Shown piece after piece: positions 14,262 through 22,217 of a stretch of 25,873 nt of DNA (position 1 is its first letter; every line of letters starts with the position of its first letter). The stretch covers positions 85,208 through 111,080 of IMG/VR virus record IMGVR_UViG_3300047323_000428; one strand, written 5' to 3'. The stretch comes from a virus. Taxonomy: Duplodnaviria; Heunggongvirae; Uroviricota; Caudoviricetes. The translations under genes were made by a program, and so were the position numbers. The notes below the pieces were generated by a model. It was given only the letters and a program-made list of their open reading frames with translations. It searched no databases and was not told where the DNA came from.

Positions 14262-15673
14262 TACTCGACCCTCAAAATGCCCTTGATGAACGTCATCGTC
14301 GCCATGTCTTGTTGGATGAACACGGTGAAGCCTGACTCCTGATTCCGTGAAGCAGCGAAATACAGCCGCGCTTCGCCTTTTGACCGCTCCTCATCAGTGA
14401 TGTTGATGGAGATCACCAAGTCGGCAATTCGGATGCGGTTGAAGTCCTCTGCGACGTGTTCGGCTTTTGCCACCGTCGACTTGAAGCCTTCGCGGTTGGT
14501 CTGCGTGGCCGAAAGCATCGCAAAGCCTTCCACCAGCGCGATATCCCGCATGTCGGTGTAGACGGACTTCGAGTTCTCCACCGTGTCCGGCGTGCGAATG
14601 TTCGGCGCCATAATGTCGAGGTAGTCGACCACCACCACGTCGAAGATCACGCCCTTCGCCTTGTAGCGGTCGATCAACGTCTGCATCTTGTTGGGCGTGA
14701 ACTTGCCCGCCGGATGAACGGCGATCTTGAGCATTCCCGCTCTCGCCCGCAGCGCTTTGATTTTGCTATCGGTATCGTGGATGTTCTTGCCGAGCTCCTT
14801 GATCTTGTTCTCGGCTATTGACGCATCCAGGCGCATGGAGATAATCTCTTCCTGCAGCTCCAGTGACACGTAGAGGACGTTCTTTCCAGCGAGCGACGCA
14901 TTCTTAGCGAAATTTAGGAGTGCTGTGGACTTGCCCGCCTTAGCCCCGCCCATAAACAACGTCAGTTCGCGCCGACCCCAGCCCTTGTGCATCAGGATTT
15001 CATCGAGCTTGGGCAAGCCTGTGGAGATGCCCTTCGGCGGCGTCTTGCCGGATGCGGCGTCAAGGCGTTCTTCGGTTCGCGCCTCGATTCCGCCCCAGTA
15101 GTCGTAGTCATCCTCGTCCTCATTCAAGCCGACGTCATATGCTTCCTTGATCGACTTGAGGATCGGATCGAACTTCTTCTTCTCCAGCAGGCTCACCGAG
15201 GACAGGATCGCGTTGCTGACTGCCTGGTGCCGAGCGAACTCCGCAACCTTCTCAGCCACGAAGTCACGATCGCCCACGTCGGCGTCTTTCAATACCTTGA
15301 TCGCCCGCAGCACTTCGCCGGCGAAGTCCTTCTTCATGCGCGCGCTTGCAATCTCATCACGCAAGAGCGTCGGGAGAACACCGAAGTCGGGAACGCGCTT
15401 GAAGCGGTCGAAATAGCGCTTGACGAGGTCCACCAGACCCGCTTCACCGCTATTCTCGAAGTAGTCGGGCTTGAGCAGGTGCGACGTGCGGCGCATGAAT
15501 TCCGTATCGCGCAGCACGAGCGTAGCGATCTTGCTCTGGAACTCCTCGTCGAACTCGAACTTGGCGACTTCTTCGGCCGGCGAGGCTTCCGCTTCAACGG
15601 CCGCGCCGCTGAACGCTTTGCCCACCATTTCAGCGACCGACTCCTCGACGCTCGGAATGGTGGTGTCGCTCAT
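14261..15673 (-). CDS. DnaB-like (SF4) replicative DNA helicase
   Basis: Walker A GGAKAGKS, YVSLE, VVVDYLD, SATQTNR, AEDF...ADLVISI, ASRN. Confidence 0.92.
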   Translation of the reverse strand: MSDTTIPSVEESVAEMVGKAFSGAAVEAEASPAEEVAKFEFDEEFQSKIATLVLRDTEFMRRTSHLLKPDYFENSGEAGLVDLVKRYFDRFKRVPDFGVLPTLLRDEIASARMKKDFAGEVLRAIKVLKDADVGDRDFVAEKVAEFARHQAVSNAILSSVSLLEKKKFDPILKSIKEAYDVGLNEDEDDYDYWGGIEARTEERLDAASGKTPPKGISTGLPKLDEILMHKGWGRRELTLFMGGAKAGKSTALLNFAKNASLAGKNVLYVSLELQEEIISMRLDASIAENKIKELGKNIHDTDSKIKALRARAGMLKIAVHPAGKFTPNKMQTLIDRYKAKGVIFDVVVVDYLDIMAPNIRTPDTVENSKSVYTDMRDIALVEGFAMLSATQTNREGFKSTVAKAEHVAEDFNRIRIADLVISINITDEERSKGEARLYFAASRNQESGFTVFIQQDMATMTFIKGILRVE

Positions 15674-16149
15674 TGGTAGTGGCCCTCTTCAGCGCGCTCG
15701 ACAGCGGGCTTCGCAGCCGGCGTGCGACGCAGCGGCACGAAGCGCTGAATGGCGTGCTTGAAAATCACGTTCACTTCGAAGCTGCCAGCTTGCTCGGCTT
15801 CGATACCGGCCAGCTCAACCTCCACCGAGATCGTGTATTTGTCATGCGCCCGGATTTTGCCGACGATCGGTTCGTCCTGATCGAGCAGATAGACCTTGAT
15901 GCGCGCACCGGACTCCTGCAGCGCCTTGACGAACGCTTCGTGACCGACCGGGGCTTGCTTATTCGGCTTGGCGGCAGCGCGCGTGTTGCTGCGCAGATGA
16001 CCGGTGCCGGTCGTGCGGCTCGGCTCGTAGCCAGGGCGGGTGCCCAGACGCGGACGGGCGGCTTGCGGCGTATCGTCGTCGCAGCGAGCCATGCGCTGAC
16101 CTTCACGCAGTTGCTCGGCACGCGCTTGTTCGGGGGTGAGATAACTCAT
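15670..16149 (-). CDS. hfq: Hfq-like Sm-fold RNA-binding protein with a long N-terminal extension, 159 aa
   Basis: Start MSYLTP at 16149 (RBS GGAGA). EAFVKAL...IKVYL...GKIRAHDKYTI...VIFKHAI..FVP aligns with Hfq DPFLNAL...VSIYL...GQIESFDQFVI...MVYKHAI..VVP. Confidence 0.75.
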   Translation of the reverse strand: MSYLTPEQARAEQLREGQRMARCDDDTPQAARPRLGTRPGYEPSRTTGTGHLRSNTRAAAKPNKQAPVGHEAFVKALQESGARIKVYLLDQDEPIVGKIRAHDKYTISVEVELAGIEAEQAGSFEVNVIFKHAIQRFVPLRRTPAAKPAVERAEEGHYQ

Positions 16150-16205
16150 GAAACTTCTCCAACGCGGGGAAAATGGGGTAATCGAAACGTCACACTGACG
16201 CACAC

Positions 16206-16224
16206 ATTATAGTCAATTTTGACT
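16206..16224 (-). promoter_or_regulatory. Operator AGTCA-N4-TGACT (16211-16224) fused to a perfect -10 TATAAT
   Basis: Minus strand taatAGTCAAAATTGACTATAATg, upstream of the hfq-helicase operon. Confidence 0.85.
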
Positions 16225-16225
16225 A

Positions 16226-16957
16226 TTACTCGCTAACAAGATCGATGGCTTGACTGACGACGCCCGGAGGGAACTCGGCAAGGGCGCGCTCGATCCTGAG
16301 CACCCCGTGCGTGTAGAGCGCGGCCGACAGGGAATACTGGTGGTGCCGGCGCTGCTTGATCTGGGCGATGAGGAAGTCTTCATAGGCAATCTGATCGGCG
16401 TGGCCGAACCAGTTCTGCGCCAGATACCGCTCGTCCTTGCAGATTTGGAGGCTATTGCGGCACTCCTCTTCCCAGGCGATCACCAGCTCCGCCAGCATCT
16501 CCTCGTTGGCGTTGATGTGGGAGGGGCGCGGTGCGTGGTGCCAGTTGTGCGCGATCTTCCAATTCATTGCGAAGCGCAGGAAAAAATCGTATCGAGTGCC
16601 GAGCTGATCTGCCGTTTGCCGCAGCATCCAGAGCGCCTTCTTCTCTTTCGCTACCATGAAATCTTCGCCGCCCTTGAATGGACGCATGAAGCGGCCCCGC
16701 TCGTGATCGAACGTCGTCACCATGAAATTCTGATACGCCTTCAGATAGCACTGCGCGAAGAGGTAGGTCGCTTTCGTCGGGTGCATACGCCGGTAGTCGA
16801 ACCACTTGGTCGTGAGCAGTTCCGGCTCCCGCTTGAGCAGCTTGCCCTCGATGTTCGCAATCGCCTTCACTTCGCAGTGCAGGAAAGACAGGTCATGCCC
16901 GTAGAACTCGCCGAACCATTCCGCGGTCTTGGGTTCGACTTGGGTAACTTGGGTCAT
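16226..16957 (-). CDS. Hypothetical phage protein, 243 aa (KWFDYRRMHP motif), replication region
   Basis: Long, aromatic-rich protein-like ORF with typical codon usage; function not recognised. Confidence 0.8.
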   Translation of the reverse strand: MTQVTQVEPKTAEWFGEFYGHDLSFLHCEVKAIANIEGKLLKREPELLTTKWFDYRRMHPTKATYLFAQCYLKAYQNFMVTTFDHERGRFMRPFKGGEDFMVAKEKKALWMLRQTADQLGTRYDFFLRFAMNWKIAHNWHHAPRPSHINANEEMLAELVIAWEEECRNSLQICKDERYLAQNWFGHADQIAYEDFLIAQIKQRRHHQYSLSAALYTHGVLRIERALAEFPPGVVSQAIDLVSE

Positions 16958-17084
16958 CCATCGCCTCTCGTATATAAAACTTAATACTTAAATCGTAGTC
17001 TTTAGATGCTTTAATACATACGGGAACGCATTGGGAGCCCAAGTGGCGGCCCCGTGTTACCCGTGTCCCATCAGAGACGAATAT

Positions 17085-17111
17085 GGGCGGACCCGAGAAC
17101 CGGACCCGCCC
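17085..17111 (-). terminator. Stem-loop after phoH (weak U-tract)
   Basis: Minus strand GGGCGGGTCCG-GTTCT-CGGGTCCGCCC followed by ATATT. Confidence 0.4.
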
Positions 17112-17119
17112 TTGGCTTC

Positions 17120-17872
17120 TTACGCTGCCTTCTTGTAGCTGGACAGGATCTCTTGGATGATCCCGTGCCGCACCACGTCGCGCTCCTCGAAGCGCACATG
17201 GCCCACGGTCGGGATCCACGTGACCCGTTCCACGGCGTCGGCCAGGCCGCTCTTGCCGCGAATGTCGGTCTGGTCAATGTCGCCGTTGATAATCATGCGG
17301 CTGCCTTCCCCGATGCGCGTGAGGAACATTTTCATCTGCTCGGGCGTGGTGTTTTGCGCCTCATCCAGAATCACGATCGCATCTTTGAAGGTGCGGCCGC
17401 GCATGTAGGCGAGCGGTGCCGGGATGATGTTGCCCATGCGCTTGTGATACTCGTAGGCGCCCGTGCCAAGCCGCTCGATGAAGGTTTCCTCGAACGGGAT
17501 CAGGTAGTGGGCGAATTTCTCTTCCATCTCGCCGGGCAAAAACCCCAGGCTCTCGCCCGCTTCCACCGCCGGCCGGGTGATGACGATTCGCTCGATGCGC
17601 TTCTCCCGCAGGGCATCTGCGGCGAGCGACGTGCAAACCCACGTTTTCCCGGTGCCAGCCGGACCCGTTGCGAATGTGATCGTCTTGCCCTTGATGGACG
17701 CGATGTAGCGCTCCTGAGCGTCGCTGCGGGCGCGTATCGGTTCGTAGCTGGGTTTCACGACCTTGCGCTGTTCCGCTTGAGCAGCGGCATCGTGAAGTGC
17801 GGTGTGGTCCTCATGTTGCCGACGATCGGCGCGGGCTTTCTGACGGGTCTGGTGCGGTTGCTTGCGGGGCAT
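17120..17872 (-). CDS. phoH: PhoH-family ATPase
   Basis: GPAGTGKT, TRPAVEAGESLGFLPG, PLAYMRGRTF, DEAQN, GDIDQTD. Confidence 0.95.
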   Translation of the reverse strand: MPRKQPHQTRQKARADRRQHEDHTALHDAAAQAEQRKVVKPSYEPIRARSDAQERYIASIKGKTITFATGPAGTGKTWVCTSLAADALREKRIERIVITRPAVEAGESLGFLPGEMEEKFAHYLIPFEETFIERLGTGAYEYHKRMGNIIPAPLAYMRGRTFKDAIVILDEAQNTTPEQMKMFLTRIGEGSRMIINGDIDQTDIRGKSGLADAVERVTWIPTVGHVRFEERDVVRHGIIQEILSSYKKAA

Positions 17873-17910
17873 GAGGGCGTCCTAGGCGGGTTCTAAGAGC
17901 CCTCATTATT

Positions 17911-17924
17911 ACTCAGTTTTGACT
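17911..17924. promoter_or_regulatory. Operator AGTCA-N4-TGACT (1 mismatch) upstream of phoH
   Basis: Minus strand taacAGTCAAAACTGAGTaataat. Confidence 0.75.
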
Positions 17925-17959
17925 GTTACTCCATATAAGAGGAACGCCTTTTTAGTGGA

Positions 17960-18703
17960 TCAGGGGCTTGACAATGCCGCTTCACCCATCGGGCGACGAA
18001 TGCGCTGCATCGGCCCGGTCGCGGCTTCCTCGAGCGTCATGCCGAGCTTCATCCGGTAGGCGATCGTCTGTCTTGACCTGCCGACCAATTCCTCGAGCTG
18101 GCGCATCGTCACCATCTGACCCTGCCATTCGACGGTCGCCTTGGCGGCTCTCATGCGGCCCTTCGCTTCCTCCGAGTGCGCGATGCCCGTGTTGGGAGGT
18201 GGCTTGCCTTTGTTGGCTGCGCTCAGGTTGGCACGGTGCGCCGCGCTCTTTGGCTTGCCAAGGTGGGCCACCCGGATCGCCTCCCGCGACTGGTCTGTGT
18301 GCGGCGCTCCAGGCTTGCCCATTTTCGCAGCGCTGATTCTGGCCCGAGCCTCTGGTGAGTTCTTGAGGCCGCGCCTCGATCCGTTACGCCCTTCCCAGCA
18401 AATGTTGTAGCCGAAGGCGTCATCGGTCAATTGTCGGCCGCGGATCTGCTCTTCCTCGATCCGATCAAGATCGTCGCCTTCGCAGTAGCAGATCACCTCT
18501 AGGACGAAGGAGTCTTCCCCATATTTCGACCAGGCGTTCTGCAGGCGCCCATTGTAGTGAGCGCCCCTGCGGAGTAATTTTCGATGGTCGGCGAACCGCC
18601 TGAGCATGTTGACCGATTGCCCGACATACACCCTGTCGTTCGCTGTGTTGCGAATCTGGTATATGCCGGACTTGGCAAACAGCTCACGATCTTCTTCCGT
18701 CAT
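17960..18703 (-). CDS. Free-standing GIY-YIG homing endonuclease with NUMOD3-type repeats
   Basis: Start MTEEDR at 18703 (ATGA overlap). SGIYQIRN...VYVGQS...RFADH and HYNGRLQNAWSKYG; repeats HTDQSREAI and HSEEAKGRM. Confidence 0.88.
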   Translation of the reverse strand: MTEEDRELFAKSGIYQIRNTANDRVYVGQSVNMLRRFADHRKLLRRGAHYNGRLQNAWSKYGEDSFVLEVICYCEGDDLDRIEEEQIRGRQLTDDAFGYNICWEGRNGSRRGLKNSPEARARISAAKMGKPGAPHTDQSREAIRVAHLGKPKSAAHRANLSAANKGKPPPNTGIAHSEEAKGRMRAAKATVEWQGQMVTMRQLEELVGRSRQTIAYRMKLGMTLEEAATGPMQRIRRPMGEAALSSP

Positions 18704-19986
18704 GCAACCACTCGCACCAATTCCTTCGCGTTGCGATAGTAGAACTGGCCGCCCACCACGGCGAAGTCGGTGATCGGGATGTATTCCTGATTCACGGCCT
18801 TCTTTTCCGTGTCGATATGCGCCAGCAGAAAGCCCATGTCCCACTTCTCGGCATTGCAATACGACGCATCCTGCAGGTGGCCGCACCCCGTTTGAATCCA
18901 GCTATAGGAGCCGAAAATCTCGTTGTAGCAGGGCGTCACCTTGAACTTGTGGGAGTGACCATTCGTTCCCGGCAAGCCGAGCTTCACGCCTTCGGGGAAG
19001 TGGTTCGTTGCGTAGCAGTCGAAATAGACCTTATAGTTCTTGGCGACTTCCGACTTGATGTTCGTTGCCGTGTAGGCGCCGAGGTCTGACTTGGCAATGA
19101 AGTTCACCTGGAACTTGTCGAGAGCGAGCAGACTACCCACGGTAAAGCCGTGCAGGTCGGAAAGCAATACCTTCATCGCAGGCGTTGCATCTGCAAGGTG
19201 CTTTACCAGACGATCCTCGTGATTGCCCGAGATCCAGTCGATCTGAGCATTGGGGCAGGCCTCACGCAGCGGCTTCAGGATGCGTTCGTGGACGAACTTG
19301 ATTTTGCCCACCACATCGAAGTTGCGCGGGTCTACCGCGTAGCGACCGAACTCCGTTGCATCCCACACGTCGCCGTTGAGCGCGATGATTTCGGGCTGCA
19401 CTCGCTTCGCAGTGTCGATCAATACCCGGAGATAGAACGGGTCCACAAGTTCGTCGTGCAAGTCGGAGCAGACGAGAATGGTTTGGAATCGCTTCTTGTC
19501 TTTGCGCTCGTATTTCGCCGCATATGAGGCGCGCTGCTCTGCCAAGTTACGATAGTGGTCCACCGAGACATGCTTCGCAACATGGCGCTCCAACTGATGC
19601 TGCTGGCGCGAGAGCTTCAGTTGCGCCTGGCGCATGAACTCGTTGAAGGTGCCGAAGTGGTGATTCCAGGCGGATTCTGCGAGCGGCCCGTATTTGCGGA
19701 ACGAATCGCGCGTGACGCCCTTTTCCGAATTGAGCAGCGCGAACGTGCGCAGGTGCTCGATACACTCTTCCGCCGTCGCCTCACGGATGCGCTCCGTGTT
19801 CTCCGACAGGGGAAGCTCCACGCCATTGCGGTTGATGACCTTGCCCGCGTATTGCTTGGTGCGGCGCAGAGCGACCGCCTTGTTCTTCACCGTCTGCACC
19901 GAGAGCCCAAGCTCCCGCGCGACGTCTTGCATGGAGGGGAACTCTTTGGTGTTGTTGAACACCTTGACGAATTGGTCGTGCATCAT
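18700..19986 (-). CDS. Calcineurin-like metallophosphoesterase with N-terminal DNA-binding-like domains
   Basis: SDLH, NGDVWD, GNHEDR, GHSH motifs; N-terminal SMQDVARELGLSVQTVKNKA resembles an HTH. Confidence 0.85.
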   Translation of the reverse strand: MMHDQFVKVFNNTKEFPSMQDVARELGLSVQTVKNKAVALRRTKQYAGKVINRNGVELPLSENTERIREATAEECIEHLRTFALLNSEKGVTRDSFRKYGPLAESAWNHHFGTFNEFMRQAQLKLSRQQHQLERHVAKHVSVDHYRNLAEQRASYAAKYERKDKKRFQTILVCSDLHDELVDPFYLRVLIDTAKRVQPEIIALNGDVWDATEFGRYAVDPRNFDVVGKIKFVHERILKPLREACPNAQIDWISGNHEDRLVKHLADATPAMKVLLSDLHGFTVGSLLALDKFQVNFIAKSDLGAYTATNIKSEVAKNYKVYFDCYATNHFPEGVKLGLPGTNGHSHKFKVTPCYNEIFGSYSWIQTGCGHLQDASYCNAEKWDMGFLLAHIDTEKKAVNQEYIPITDFAVVGGQFYYRNAKELVRVVA

Positions 19987-20012
19987 TCGGCTTCTCGGGC
20001 AGTGGTGGGTTG

Positions 20013-20318
20013 TTATTGGCTGGCTTGTTGGTCGACCAAGTGCTGCACGTAGTCGACCAGCGCGTCGTGGTAGGTGGCGAGCTCGTGGTAGAGCCGCACG
20101 ATCTCCAGATCGTTGTCCACGAACTCTTTAAGGTTGAGCGGGTGATCCTCCGGCAGCAGAGGCAGGGCTTGCGACTTCTGCATGGCTGCCTGCGGCGGCA
20201 CTAACAACGATGCCTGCACGGGCGCTGTTGAGCAGCCGGACAGTATCGACGTCGAAAGGCAAAGGCTGGTCGCCAACAGGGTTGCTCGCATCACAGACAG
20301 GAGCTTGAGCGGTTTCAT
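20013..20318 (-). CDS. o-spanin (Rz1-like outer-membrane lipoprotein)
   Basis: Lipobox LSGC after a hydrophobic signal, Pro-rich segment, overlaps the 3' half of the i-spanin; start 20318 or 20291 uncertain. Confidence 0.8.
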   Translation of the reverse strand: MKPLKLLSVMRATLLATSLCLSTSILSGCSTAPVQASLLVPPQAAMQKSQALPLLPEDHPLNLKEFVDNDLEIVRLYHELATYHDALVDYVQHLVDQQASQ

Positions 20319-20598
20319 GGTTTGTCGAGGTGGAAACGACAGGTTTGCGGGGTTGAGCAAGCCGCGCGTCGATGGCCTGCTTCACGTTTGCGACGGCCGC
20401 GTCTTTGGATTGCACGGTCGTCTGGATCTGTTGGCTTGCCGCGGTCGATTGTTGAACCGCGCGGGCCGTGACTTTCACTTCCTGCTTCACTGCTGCGACC
20501 TGGCTTGCCAGCGCGAACTTGTGCGCGGTGTAGAGGCCCGCGCCAAAGGCGATCGCGCAAGCAGCGGCCAGGATGCCGAGTTTGGAGAGCAGATTCAT
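20128..20598 (-). CDS. i-spanin (Rz-like)
   Basis: Single N-terminal TM, helical periplasmic domain and a C-terminal Cys; position after holin and endolysin. Confidence 0.8.
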   Translation of the reverse strand: MNLLSKLGILAAACAIAFGAGLYTAHKFALASQVAAVKQEVKVTARAVQQSTAASQQIQTTVQSKDAAVANVKQAIDARLAQPRKPVVSTSTNHETAQAPVCDASNPVGDQPLPFDVDTVRLLNSARAGIVVSAAAGSHAEVASPASAAGGSPAQP

Positions 20599-20601
20599 CG
20601 G

Positions 20602-20850
20602 TTACTCCGGTTTGGGCGGGACCGGCGCGCTCTCCTTTTTCATCGACATCCACACACCAATGCCGGCAAATAGAGCGGCGGCACCCGTGCCGAACGAGGT
20701 AGCCGAAAACGGCACCTTGTTCGCTACGGTGTCCCACGTCTGATTGAAGATGAAGTCCGCTGCCGTAATGGCCGCGGCGTATTTCGCCAGGTCGGGCGTT
20801 GCGTTGTCGACCTCGGTGAAGAGCCGGTGCAGGTAGTCCTTGATGCTCAT
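20602..20850 (-). CDS. Putative holin, 82 aa
   Basis: Start MSIKDY with ATGA overlap to the endolysin stop; two hydrophobic segments and a basic C-terminus. Confidence 0.65.
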   Translation of the reverse strand: MSIKDYLHRLFTEVDNATPDLAKYAAAITAADFIFNQTWDTVANKVPFSATSFGTGAAALFAGIGVWMSMKKESAPVPPKPE

Positions 20851-21398
20851 GCCGCGCGCCCTCCGAGGAACATCACCTGCTCGGCCATGCGGCGCTTCAG
20901 GAGCCCCGCGATGTGCTTGCCGCCGGCCATGTCCCACTTCGGGAATTCGCGCGCTGCCGCCGCGTCGTTGGTCGAATTCAGGTAGCGCAAGAGGCTCGAT
21001 CCGGCGAAGTTGCCCGCACCGATGTTGAAGACCAGATCCACGAGCGCGTCGAATTCGTTCTGCGTGAGACCGCCTTCCTGCTTGGAGAGATCGACCAGGC
21101 GGTTCACCGTCGCAACGGCGCCTGCCACGTCGTGCAGCAGTTGTGCATCAGCCTGCTCTTGGGTCCACGTGAGGCCGTAACGCACTTCCGGGCCGGTGTG
21201 CCCCACTCCGATCGTCCACGGCCCGCCATTGAGCTTGAGCAGCGCCGGCGGGATCACGCCCGTTTTGAGCACGTCCTGCCACATGCCGCGACGCTGCAGT
21301 TCCTTCGCAAGCGGAGAAGCGGGATCGGGATAGGCGTGAAGAATGCACCCTTCTGCCGTTTCGGTGAGGTGCAGACCGTCTTTGGAATATTGCATCAT
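20847..21398 (-). CDS. Endolysin, GH24 (T4-type) lysozyme
   Basis: EG...AYPD...WTIGVGHTG, QNEFDALVDLVFNIG, GLLKRRMAE. Confidence 0.92.
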   Translation of the reverse strand: MMQYSKDGLHLTETAEGCILHAYPDPASPLAKELQRRGMWQDVLKTGVIPPALLKLNGGPWTIGVGHTGPEVRYGLTWTQEQADAQLLHDVAGAVATVNRLVDLSKQEGGLTQNEFDALVDLVFNIGAGNFAGSSLLRYLNSTNDAAAAREFPKWDMAGGKHIAGLLKRRMAEQVMFLGGRAA

Positions 21399-21400
21399 GG

Positions 21401-21751
21401 TCAGTGAGCGAATTTGACGATGGCGGCGACAGCGCCGGAGCCAACAAGACCTGCGAGAAGCGTGTAAACCACCTTCAGCGTGCCGGACATGCCCTTGACC
21501 ATTGCCACGTGCTCGATGTTGGTTTCATTGAGCTTGGTGACCTTCTCGCTCGTCTCGGTCACGCGGTCTTCGAGTTTTTCAACCCGCAACTGGGTCGCCT
21601 GATGGCGCTCTTCCAGAATCGCGAGTTTGGTGATGGCCGTCGCAATCTGCGACAGGGCGCCTTTAATATCGACAACGTCGCGCTGAACGTTGTTGACTTG
21701 TTGCTCCAACATTCCAAGGTCGACAGGCATGTCATCGGTCCCAATGGTCAT
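21401..21751 (-). CDS. Coiled-coil protein with a C-terminal TM (XhlA/holin-accessory-like)
   Basis: Heptad region then LKVVYTLLAGLVGSGAVAAIVKF; RBS AAGGGA before ATG 21751; first gene of the lysis cassette. Confidence 0.65.
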   Translation of the reverse strand: MTIGTDDMPVDLGMLEQQVNNVQRDVVDIKGALSQIATAITKLAILEERHQATQLRVEKLEDRVTETSEKVTKLNETNIEHVAMVKGMSGTLKVVYTLLAGLVGSGAVAAIVKFAH

Positions 21752-21794
21752 TCGCTGATTTCCCTTGTCTGTCTCTTGCAAAGGCTGAGACGAA

Positions 21795-21836
21795 ATGATA
21801 AGTCAAAACCGACTGTTAGGCCAGTCAGTTTTGACT
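21795..21836 (-). promoter_or_regulatory. Tandem operators (21801-21814 with 1 mismatch; 21823-21836 exact) plus -10 TATCAT upstream of the lysis cassette
   Basis: Minus strand taatAGTCAAAACTGACTggcctaacAGTCGGTTTTGACTTATCAT; 22-bp repeat spacing. Confidence 0.85.
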
Positions 21837-21857
21837 ATTATGGCAGTCGAAACGACC

Positions 21858-22190
21858 TTAGACGATTTCGCCGCCAGCGAGCGCGTAGCGCGAGAGCATC
21901 ATCATGCCCGGCAAGATCGGCGTATCGACCACGCCTTCGGGAATCGGAGCAACAAGCGCCTTTTCCGCGAACTCGAACGGGTCTTCACCCGCTTCCGGCA
22001 TCGTGCCCAGCGTCACCGTGCTACCGAAGGAGATCGGCTGCTTGCCGGCCTTGTAGGTGTCTTCCGAGACGTAGCTATGCACCTGCACGTTGGTGTTCTT
22101 CGTCATGCGGTCGATGTTGACCGACGAGACGTAGTGGAAGCTCGCGGTGCTGCCAGTCGACTCGAGGATGACTTCCTTTTTGATGCCCAT
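21858..22190 (-). CDS. Tail-module hypothetical protein, 110 aa
   Basis: Start MGIKKE at 22190 (RBS AGGAG). Confidence 0.8.
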   Translation of the reverse strand: MGIKKEVILESTGSTASFHYVSSVNIDRMTKNTNVQVHSYVSEDTYKAGKQPISFGSTVTLGTMPEAGEDPFEFAEKALVAPIPEGVVDTPILPGMMMLSRYALAGGEIV

Positions 22191-22217
22191 AAAGGCTCCT
22201 GTTTGGTGGTGAATAAC

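Noticed and set aside
18704-18886. N-terminal extension of the GIY-YIG ORF suggesting a fusion or intron
   Set aside because: It overlaps the phosphoesterase C-terminus in another frame; an ATGA-coupled start at 18703 explains the gene, and no group I intron structure was seen.
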